A stretch of 64,000 nucleotides of DNA from an uncultured Acidobacteriota bacterium (GTDB lineage: Bacteria > Acidobacteriota > Thermoanaerobaculia > Multivoradales > UBA5704): contig CAVYRF010000002.1 of the NCBI GenBank assembly GCA_963770895.1, positions 4,928,001-4,992,000 of the forward strand, written 5' to 3'. Shown piece after piece: positions 37,427 to 45,070 of this stretch (within the stretch, counting starts at the first letter, position 1; the number at the start of each line of letters is the position of its first letter). A program made the position numbers and the translations under genes. The notes below the pieces were generated by a model. It had not been told where the DNA came from, did not search any database, and saw nothing but the letters and a program-made list of their open reading frames with translations.

Positions 37427-38974
37427 TTACCGGTTCCGTCCGTATTTCTCGTGGCTCGATACCCAGTCCAGGGACGAGATCGCGGCGGCCAGCGACAGCT
37501 CGCCGGCGAGCACCACGCCCGAGATGATTTCGGCTAGCTTGCGCACCTTGCCTTTGCCGACGCAACCCAGGATTTCCAGGCATTCGCGCTGGGTCGCCAG
37601 GGCGGTGCCGCCGCCGTGGGTGGCGACGATGAGCGACGGGATGGTGATCGAGATGTACAGCTCGCCCGCGGGCGTGACCTCGGTGTACACCACACCGGCG
37701 GACGATTCGGCGACGTTGGCGACGTCCTGGCCGGTGGCGATGAACATCGCGGTGATGGCGTTGGGCGAGTGGCAGCCGTTGTTGTTGGCGCCGGACAGGA
37801 AGGCGCCGACGTTGGCGATGTTGGCGTGGTAGTGGACCGTTTCGGGGTCCACCCGCATGTGCTGCAGCAGCACGTCGCGCGGGATCGTCGCTTCGGCGGT
37901 GACGCGCTTGCCGCGGGTGCGCATGATGTTGATCTGCGACGCCTTCTTGTCGGTGGCGAAGTTGGATTCCAGGTAGAAGTGGCGGATGTTGGCGGCGTTT
38001 TCCAGCATCCAGCTGCAGGCGGCGAAGGTGGCGCGCCCCACCATGTTCTGGCCGGCGGCATCGCCGGTCGAATAGTTGAAGCGCAGAAAGACCAGCTTGT
38101 TGGACAGGTAGGTGTCGATGTAGGTCAGCTTGGCGACCGTCGAGGTGGCTTCCGCCTCGGCGCGGATGTCGGGCAGGCGCTCTTCCACCCAGGCGGCGAA
38201 CTGCCGCGCGTCGCGGGCGTTGTCGAACACGAACACCGGCGCCCGCTGCATGGCGTCGCCGACCACCGTCGTGGTGACGCCGCCCGACAGGTTGAGCACC
38301 TTGATGCCGCGGTTGTACGAGGCGACCAGCGTCCCCTCGGTGGTGGCCAGGGGGATCAGGAAGTCGCCCTGGGCGTCTTCGCCATTGACCCGCACCGGCC
38401 CGGCAAAGCCGATCGGCACCTGCGCCACGCCGGTGAAGTTTTCGATGTTGCCCTGGGTGATCGCGGGGTCGAAACTGAACTGGTTGATGTGATGCAGCTT
38501 GACCCCCGCGTAGTCGGCGACGAACTTCTGCCGCTCGGCGATGACCTCGGGCGTATGGTTGTGGTCCTTGTCGTACGGCACGGTCGTCCGGCGCGGCGCC
38601 TCCGCGGCGATCGCGTCGGTGACCTTGAACGACAGCAACCCGAACGGCTTGGTGTCGAACGCCAGCGCCAGCTCGTGGGTGCCGCGCGGCAGCGGCTCGA
38701 TGCGGGCGTGCAGCCGCACCACCTGGCGCAGCGGAAAATCGATCGCGTTGTGCGGCCCGATCGCCGTCGCGGCCAGCGGCGGCGCCCCGTCCAGCCCCAC
38801 CGTCAGGCTGTCCAGCGGCACCGCCACGCCGTTGATCCGCACTTCGGACACCTGGGTCACGGTGGCATCCGCCAGCCGGTTCTTGAGGGTGAAATGCACC
38901 CCGTCCGGCGCGTTGACCAGGCTGCCCAACGTGTACATCTGCTTGAGGATAAGAGACGGAATCTTCATCGGCAC
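37427..38974 (-). CDS. Hydroxymethylglutaryl-CoA reductase with extra N-terminal domain
   Basis: ENFTGVAQVPIG, LATTEGTLVAS..RG, TGDAAGQNM, ATGQDVA, VLAGELSL...H. Confidence 0.9.
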   Translation of the reverse strand: MPMKIPSLILKQMYTLGSLVNAPDGVHFTLKNRLADATVTQVSEVRINGVAVPLDSLTVGLDGAPPLAATAIGPHNAIDFPLRQVVRLHARIEPLPRGTHELALAFDTKPFGLLSFKVTDAIAAEAPRRTTVPYDKDHNHTPEVIAERQKFVADYAGVKLHHINQFSFDPAITQGNIENFTGVAQVPIGFAGPVRVNGEDAQGDFLIPLATTEGTLVASYNRGIKVLNLSGGVTTTVVGDAMQRAPVFVFDNARDARQFAAWVEERLPDIRAEAEATSTVAKLTYIDTYLSNKLVFLRFNYSTGDAAGQNMVGRATFAACSWMLENAANIRHFYLESNFATDKKASQINIMRTRGKRVTAEATIPRDVLLQHMRVDPETVHYHANIANVGAFLSGANNNGCHSPNAITAMFIATGQDVANVAESSAGVVYTEVTPAGELYISITIPSLIVATHGGGTALATQRECLEILGCVGKGKVRKLAEIISGVVLAGELSLAAAISSLDWVSSHEKYGRNR

Positions 38975-39094
38975 AGTCCTCGCCGGCTAGGTCTGCTGGT
39001 TGCCCGCAGTGTACCGCGGACTACCCGCCGGCCGAAGCGCGCCCCTGCTCCGGCGCGTTGGACCGGACACAGCCGGGGCGCCGCTCTATACAGA

Positions 39095-39123
39095 TTGACA
39101 AAAAATCGGTGTTTGGCTATATT
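39095..39123 (+). promoter_or_regulatory. sigma70 promoter for the small Cys-rich peptide gene
   Basis: TTGACA-17 bp-TATATT in an AT-rich patch. Confidence 0.65.
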
Positions 39124-39184
39124 AGACAATCATACTATAGCCCCGGTGGGCATCCGCCGGAGGCTCACTCAAAGGGGAGAAACT

Positions 39185-39436
39185 ATGAGCTTGTCATCAA
39201 AGCGGGGAATCCTTCTGCTCGTCGCCGGCTTCCTGCTGGTGGCCGCGGCCTATGCGCCGCCCGCCCCAGGACATGGACCGCAGGGCGCTCAGCTGCTGGC
39301 CACCTGTCCGGCCCTGCGCTGCCCCAACGGCACGATCCTCACCTGTACGCTCACCCCCTGTTCGCCTATCGACAACTGCTCCATGATCTGCGACGGTCGC
39401 GCCATCTTTTGCTCCGGACGCTGCATCCAGGAGTAG
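39185..39436 (+). CDS. Small secreted Cys-rich peptide (83 aa, 8 Cys)
   Basis: AAAGGGGAGA RBS; MSLSSKRGILLLVAGFLLVAAA signal; core TCPALRCPNGTILTCTLTPCSPIDNCSMICDGRAIFCSGRCIQE; own promoter and a downstream hairpin. Confidence 0.8.
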   Translation: MSLSSKRGILLLVAGFLLVAAAYAPPAPGHGPQGAQLLATCPALRCPNGTILTCTLTPCSPIDNCSMICDGRAIFCSGRCIQE

Positions 39437-39468
39437 GGGGAGCGTCCGTTCGCTGCCGGTTCAGAAAC

Positions 39469-39496
39469 GACGGCGCCGGCAGCAGCCGGCGCCGTC
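39469..39496. terminator. GC-rich hairpin between convergent genes
   Basis: GACGGCGCCGGC-AGCA-GCCGGCGCCGTC, a perfect 12-bp stem. Confidence 0.55.
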
Positions 39497-39619
39497 CGGG
39501 GTCTACCCCTGCTCCGGGCTCCGCGACCGGTGCAGAAAAGCAAAAGAGGCGCGGCCGAGGTTGCGGCGCGCGCCTTCCTTCAGGACTTGCCACGCCAGGC
39601 GGCAGGTTTGGGAGGGGGG

Positions 39620-40174
39620 TTACGGCATCAGGACGGCGTTGATGACGTGGATGACGCCGTTGCTCTGGCGGACGTCGGCGATGGTCACCTTGGCGGTGCC
39701 GCCCTTGGCGTCTTCGAGCATGATCGAGTGGCCCTTCATCATGACCTTGAGGGGTTCGCCGGCGACGGTGGTCAGGGTGGCGGTGCCGTGGCCGTCCTTG
39801 ATCTGCTGCTTGAGGGCCTCGGTGTCGAGGTTGCCGGAGACCACGTGGTAGGTGAGGATCTTGGTCAGGGTGTCCTTGTTCTCGGGCTTGAGGAGGTTGT
39901 CCACGGTGCCCGCCGGCAGCTTGGCGAAAGCTTCGTTGGTGGGAGCGAAGACGGTGAACGGCCCGGGTCCCTTGAGCGTATCGACCAGGCCGGCGGCCTT
40001 GACCGCGGCGACCAGGGTGGTGTGATCCTTCGAGTTGACCGCGTTGTCGACGATGTCCTTGGTCGGATACATCGCGGCGCCGCCCACCATCGGGTTGCCG
40101 CCGGCCAGAAGCAGCGCCGGCACGATCAGCGTGGCAACCATGAACAATGCAACCAGAGTGCTCTTGCGCGTCAT
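39620..40174 (-). CDS. Secreted fasciclin (FAS1) domain protein
   Basis: AAAGGAG RBS; signal peptide; TLVAAVKAAGLVDTLKGPGPFTVFAPTNEAF...ILTYHVV...SNGVIHVINAVL. Confidence 0.93.
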   Translation of the reverse strand: MTRKSTLVALFMVATLIVPALLLAGGNPMVGGAAMYPTKDIVDNAVNSKDHTTLVAAVKAAGLVDTLKGPGPFTVFAPTNEAFAKLPAGTVDNLLKPENKDTLTKILTYHVVSGNLDTEALKQQIKDGHGTATLTTVAGEPLKVMMKGHSIMLEDAKGGTAKVTIADVRQSNGVIHVINAVLMP

Positions 40175-40421
40175 GAAAAGTTCTCCTTTGGGCGGAGCTC
40201 CGCCAATCCTTGGCGTCGTGGCCCGGCCCTGGTGTGCGCTTGTCGCGTTGGAAGTGCGACCGGGCGCAGGTTTGCGTACGGGTTGAGGTCGCTGCGGATC
40301 GTCTGCCGTTCCTGCTGGGCGGTGGCCGCCCCTCGCGTTCCTCGCACTCTCTACGCCGCTCGCCATCCTGCTGGATGACAGGTTGCAAATCGGCTCGGAA
40401 GCGCGCGGAGGCGCGCGCGGG

Positions 40422-42158
40422 TCAGGCCAGCGGGGCCAGGGCGGGGGCGGCTGGCGGCAGGTCGCGGGATGCGGCGGGCGGCGGCCTGGGGGTGCCGGCG
40501 GCGCGCATGGCGGTGGGGAGCTGGCGCAGGGGGGCGACGGCGGGGATGTGGCTCATGGCGTGCTCGGCCAGGGCGGTGATGGTGAGGCTGGGGTTGACGC
40601 CCAGGTTGCCGGGGATCATGGAGCCGTCGATGACGTAGAGGTTGTCGTAGCCGAACACGCGGTTCTGGGCGTCCAGGACGCCTTCGGCGGCGGTCGAGGC
40701 CATGGGGGCGCCGCCCAGGATGTGGGCGGTGGTGGGGACGTTGAGCACCACTTCGTTGATCGAGCTGGACGGAAAGGCGTTCATGCGCGCGGCCAGGTGG
40801 CGCGCGGCGTCGTTGGCGACCGGAATGTAGTTGGGGACGGCCGGTTCGCCCGCGGCGCGGCGGCTGGTCAGGTGCTTGGCGAAGGGCCAGGTCCAGCGGC
40901 GCCGCCGCACCAGGCGCAGCGAATTGTCGAGCGACTGCATGACCAGGATGATCGTCGAGCGCCTGGCCCAGCCGACGGGGTTCAGGGTGCGCAGAAAATC
41001 GACGGGGTGGCGCAGGCAGGTGGCGGCCCAGCGCAGGGGGCGGCCCAGGCGGCTGCCGCCGTCGATGAGCAGGGTGGCCAGGAAGCTCATGGCGTCGGAG
41101 CCATCGGGGTAGCGCACCACCTCCATGTAGGTGTCGGGTGCGGGGTGGAAGCCCGAGGCGATGGCGATGCCCTGCGAATAGTCGCGCTGGCCGTCGCGGG
41201 CGGTGACGCCGCACAGCACCTCGCTGTTGGTGCGCACGTAGGTGCCGAGCGCCGGCGACAGGCGCGGCAGCGACCCGGCGTCGCGGCAGCGCAGCAGCAG
41301 GTCGACCGTGCCCAGCGCCCCGGCCGACAGCACCACGCCGCGCGTGCGGATCTGCCGCGGACGCCGCGCCAGCTTCGCGGTCGAGCGGCGGGTGGTGACG
41401 ACGTAGCCGCCGCTGCCGTCTTCGCCCAGGCCGGTCGCCAGGGTTTCGGGGCGCACCTGGGCGCCGAGCTTTTCGGCGAACCACAGGTAGTTCTTGTCCA
41501 GGGTGTTCTTGGCGTGGTGGCGGCAGCCCACCATACAGCCGCCGCAGTAGGTGCAGGTCTTGCGTGGCGGCCCTTCGCCGTCGAAGAAGGGGTCGCCGGC
41601 GTCCGCTCCGGCGCGGTCGCCGAACAGCACGCCCACCTCGGTGGGGCTGAAGGTGTCCTGCTTGCCCAGCGCGGTCGCAAAATCGCGCAGCTGGCGGTCG
41701 CCCTCCCACAGGTGCGGATTGGTGGTGACGCCCAGGATGCGGCGCGCCGTCGCATAGTGCGGCGCGAGCGTGCTCTGCCAATCCACGCCGCGCGGCCAGG
41801 TGCCGCGCTGGAACGCTTCGGCGCCCGGTTCGAGCAGGGTGTTGGCGTAGACCAGCGAGCCGCCGCCCACCCCCGCCCCCGACAGCACCAGCACGTCGCG
41901 CAGCAGCGTCAGGCGCTGGATGCCATAGCAGAACAGGCTGGGCAGCCAGAGAAACTTGCGCAGGTTCCAGTTGGTCTGCGGGAAGTCCTCGGTGCGCCAC
42001 CGCTTGCCCGCTTCCAGGACCAGCACCCGGTACCCTTTTTCGGCCAGCCGCAGCGCCGACACGCTGCCGCCGAACCCGGAGCCGACGACCACGAAGTCGT
42101 ACTCATACGCCGTCGCGCCGCCCAAACTGTCCGCCGATGCCGCCGTCGAGGTCTCCAA
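40422..42158 (-). CDS. GMC oxidoreductase, cholesterol oxidase (ChoD)-like
   Basis: VVGSGFGGSVSALRLAEKGY, GAGVGGGSLVYAN, CTYCGGCMVGC, AKNTLDKNYL, TAHILGGA, GVNPSLTITALAE. Confidence 0.88.
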   Translation of the reverse strand: METSTAASADSLGGATAYEYDFVVVGSGFGGSVSALRLAEKGYRVLVLEAGKRWRTEDFPQTNWNLRKFLWLPSLFCYGIQRLTLLRDVLVLSGAGVGGGSLVYANTLLEPGAEAFQRGTWPRGVDWQSTLAPHYATARRILGVTTNPHLWEGDRQLRDFATALGKQDTFSPTEVGVLFGDRAGADAGDPFFDGEGPPRKTCTYCGGCMVGCRHHAKNTLDKNYLWFAEKLGAQVRPETLATGLGEDGSGGYVVTTRRSTAKLARRPRQIRTRGVVLSAGALGTVDLLLRCRDAGSLPRLSPALGTYVRTNSEVLCGVTARDGQRDYSQGIAIASGFHPAPDTYMEVVRYPDGSDAMSFLATLLIDGGSRLGRPLRWAATCLRHPVDFLRTLNPVGWARRSTIILVMQSLDNSLRLVRRRRWTWPFAKHLTSRRAAGEPAVPNYIPVANDAARHLAARMNAFPSSSINEVVLNVPTTAHILGGAPMASTAAEGVLDAQNRVFGYDNLYVIDGSMIPGNLGVNPSLTITALAEHAMSHIPAVAPLRQLPTAMRAAGTPRPPPAASRDLPPAAPALAPLA

Positions 42159-42416
42159 AGGCCAGCCGCTCCTTGCCCCAAGCCGCTCCGCACACGGCAC
42201 CTTTGCCGCTCCGAGACGTAGTTTACGTCAAGTTGCGGCAATCGCCGCGCGGGATGTCCCCAGGAGGCCCGTTTTCAGCTAGATAGGGTGGTTGACGGCT
42301 GGCCGCCGAGGGGGGATGGCCTGCTGCGGACGCGCGCCAGATCGCGGCCCGGGGGTGATCGGACCGGATCGCCGGCCTGGTATCTCCCCCGGGCCTGGTG
42401 TGGGGTTGGACCTGTC

Positions 42417-42578
42417 TCAGTTACAGGGTACGTCGCTGCAGCTTGCGACGCAGGTGTGGTTGTTCTTGGAGCAGGTTTCGGATTCGACGTAGCCGCCGGC
42501 GGCCTGGATGAGGGCTCTGGAGGTGAGCGAGCGGACGGTTTCGCGGCTGAGCTTGATGGTGCGGACGTGCTTTTTCAT
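42417..42578 (-). CDS. Lanthipeptide-like RiPP precursor (53 aa)
   Basis: AGGAG RBS; MKKHVRTIKLSRETVRSLTSRALIQAAGG|YVESETCSKNNHTCVASCSDVPCN: KLSRET leader motif, double-Gly site, core rich in Ser/Thr/Cys. Confidence 0.72.
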   Translation of the reverse strand: MKKHVRTIKLSRETVRSLTSRALIQAAGGYVESETCSKNNHTCVASCSDVPCN

Positions 42579-42718
42579 CGCAAGTCTCCTGTGATTGCGG
42601 AGGGCCGGCGCGGCTCCTCCAAAAAGAGCCGTGCCCTTGGAAGCGCCAAGCAGGACGTCCGCGGACGCGGGCGGCATCCCCTGGTAAGATGCCGCGGCGG
42701 CTACGGGCCATCCACGAC

Positions 42719-43558
42719 ATGACGGAAGAGCACAAGACCATGGGCCAGCGGCCGGCGCGGCCGGCGGCGCGCGGCCCTGTCGCCGGCGAGGTTGGGGGCG
42801 GCGAGGGGCGCTGGACGTGGATCGCTTTGGCGCTGACGCCGCTGGTGCCGCTGCTGGCGGCGATCCCGGCGGCGGGGCGGTGGGCGTTGCCGCTGCTGGC
42901 GCCGCTCACGGTGTATCCGGCGTTTGCGGCGCGGGTGCGGCGCGCCGATTACGAGGGGGCGTGGCAGTTCGGCGTGGCCTGGGCGGTGCTGTTGAGCTGC
43001 GGCGTGATCGCTCTGGTCGAGCTGTGGCCGACCGCGGCGGCGGCCGGCGTGCTGCACGGCGAGCCCTACCGCGACGAGATGTTCGGCTGGATCGTGTCCG
43101 GCAGGGCGCCCGAAAACGACTGGCGGCAGTTCCTGCCGATCCACCTGGAGCACCTGGGGATTTTCCTGGTGTTGGCGGCGGTGAGCGGCGGCTACCTGGG
43201 GCTCGTGCTGGGGGCGGCGCTGGTGGATTACATGAGCTACTTTGTCGGCTGCTACGCCGTGGCGAGCCGCCATCCGCTGCTCGGCGCCGTGGCGGCGTGG
43301 GTGCCGTGGTCGGTGCTGCGGGTGTTCGCCTTCGTGCTGCTGGGCGCGCTGGTGTCGCGGCCGGTGCTGGTGCGGCGGTGGTGGCCCGGCGGCCGCCGCG
43401 AAGCGCGCCTGGCCGTCCTGGCGGCGGCGGGATTGGTGGCGGACCTGCTGGTCAAGGCGGCGCTGGCGCCGTCGTACGGGGTGTGGCTGCGGCACTTCGC
43501 GCATGGCGTCCTGATCACCGCCGGGTTATACTCGGGCGCCTTCGGGACCCTGGGATGA
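42719..43558 (+). CDS. Multi-pass membrane protein (possibly SpoIIM/DUF95-like), overlapping the ribH start
   Basis: About 7 hydrophobic helices; ATGA overlap with ribH. Start position uncertain. Confidence 0.7.
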   Translation: MTEEHKTMGQRPARPAARGPVAGEVGGGEGRWTWIALALTPLVPLLAAIPAAGRWALPLLAPLTVYPAFAARVRRADYEGAWQFGVAWAVLLSCGVIALVELWPTAAAAGVLHGEPYRDEMFGWIVSGRAPENDWRQFLPIHLEHLGIFLVLAAVSGGYLGLVLGAALVDYMSYFVGCYAVASRHPLLGAVAAWVPWSVLRVFAFVLLGALVSRPVLVRRWWPGGRREARLAVLAAAGLVADLLVKAALAPSYGVWLRHFAHGVLITAGLYSGAFGTLG

Positions 43559-44031
43559 ACGGCATCGAAGAGACGCGAGGAGATCTGGCTGGGGCCGGTC
43601 GCCGCTTCGGCATCGTGGCGGCGCGGTTCAACGACCGCGTGGGCAATGCGCTGGTCGCCGGGGCGGTGGACTGCCTGCGGCGCCACGGCGTCGCGCCGGC
43701 GGACGTGCACCTGGTCACCGTGCCGGGCGCCTGGGAGGTGCCGCAGGCGGTGTCGGCGCTGGCGGCGCGCGGCAAGTTCGACGCTTTGATCGCGCTGGGC
43801 GTGGTGATCCGTGGCGAGACGCCGCATTTTGACTATCTGTCGCGGGAGTGCACCGCCGGGATTGCGCGCGCCGGCGAGCGGCACGGTCTGCCGGTCGCCT
43901 ACGGGGTGCTCACCTGCGACACCTCGCAGCAGGCGGAGGAACGCGCCGGAGGCAAGGCAGGCAACAAGGGGTGGGAGGCGGCCCTGGCGGCGCTTGAAAT
44001 GGCCGACCTTTTCGCCCGCCTGCGTGGCTGA
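43555..44031 (+). CDS. ribH: 6,7-dimethyl-8-ribityllumazine synthase
   Basis: GIVAARFN, VPGAWEVP, LGVVIRGETPHFDY, AGGKAGNKGWEAALAALEM. Confidence 0.96.
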   Translation: MNGIEETRGDLAGAGRRFGIVAARFNDRVGNALVAGAVDCLRRHGVAPADVHLVTVPGAWEVPQAVSALAARGKFDALIALGVVIRGETPHFDYLSRECTAGIARAGERHGLPVAYGVLTCDTSQQAEERAGGKAGNKGWEAALAALEMADLFARLRG

Positions 44032-44188
44032 CTGCAACGGCATGTCTTGGCTCTGAGCGGCGCACAAATCCCTGGCCACCCGCAGGTTGTGAATTCAGCT
44101 GCCGGCTGCCCTGGCGAGCATGCGGCGGCGGGCGCCGTGGCGCCCGCGGCCAGCCCATATCCCGAATCTTGAGGCGCAAGCGACGACG

Positions 44189-44905
44189 ATGACCGCAGGC
44201 AAGCGGCGAACCGCGCGGGAGATGGCTGTCCAGATGCTCTACCAGAGCGATCTGGGCGGCAGCGCGCTGCCCCACATCTTCAACACCTTCGACCTCACCG
44301 AGTACATGGCGCGTTCGGCGGCTGGATCGCCGGCGGCCAAGGCCAAGGATGCCGCCGCCGCCGTGGCGGCGTTCACCGCCGCGCAGGACGGTGGGGGCAA
44401 GCCGCCGGCAGGCGGGCGGCGCGCTCCCGCCGCCGGCGATTTCACGCCGCTCGACCTGCAGGCCGCGGTGAGCGCCCTGGCGGCTCTCCATCCGGCTGAG
44501 ATCGCCGACCTGGAGGTTGAGCCCGCCCCTGCGCCGGCAGCCGCCGGCGCGCCCACGGCGGAAGCCCGCGCCGATCTGGCCAGGCAGCGGCGGCGCGTCG
44601 AAGACGCCTTTGTGTATGCGCAGACCCTGGTGCGCGGCACGGTCGATCACCGCGAGGAGATCGACGCCATGATCCGCGGCCAGGCCGACAACTGGCGGCT
44701 GGAGCGCATGCCGGCGGTCGATCGCAACATCCTGCGGCTCGCCATCTACGAGATGCTGTATGAAAGCGAGACCCCCAAGCTGGTCGTCGTGGACGAGGCG
44801 ATCGAGCTGGCCAAGAAGTTCGGCTCCGAACAGTCCGGCCGCTTTGTCAACGGCCTGCTCGACGGTCTGCTCAAGCAGCGCAGCTTCCCCGGCACCCTCA
44901 CCTGA
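44189..44905 (+). CDS. nusB: Transcription antitermination factor NusB with long internal insertion
   Basis: [14 protein letters not shown]...[22 protein letters not shown]...[11 protein letters not shown]...FVNGLLD; follows ribH. Confidence 0.93.
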   Translation: MTAGKRRTAREMAVQMLYQSDLGGSALPHIFNTFDLTEYMARSAAGSPAAKAKDAAAAVAAFTAAQDGGGKPPAGGRRAPAAGDFTPLDLQAAVSALAALHPAEIADLEVEPAPAPAAAGAPTAEARADLARQRRRVEDAFVYAQTLVRGTVDHREEIDAMIRGQADNWRLERMPAVDRNILRLAIYEMLYESETPKLVVVDEAIELAKKFGSEQSGRFVNGLLDGLLKQRSFPGTLT

Positions 44906-45070
44906 CGGGCCGCTCCCGCCGGCGGCGGACGGCGGCACCGGGCGGACCGTGGCGTCGGTTGGCGGCGCCACCCAGGGCATAGTCGCGCCGCGCCGGATGT
45001 TTCGGGGATAATCCAGGCCGCGCCGCGGCAGACCGGCGGCGCCCCCTGACCAGCAGAGAGCGAGGCGGTA

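Noticed and set aside
37616-39184. N-terminal part of the 606-aa plus-strand ORF
   Set aside because: Antisense to HMG-CoA reductase; only the last 83 codons (own promoter and RBS) look like a real gene.
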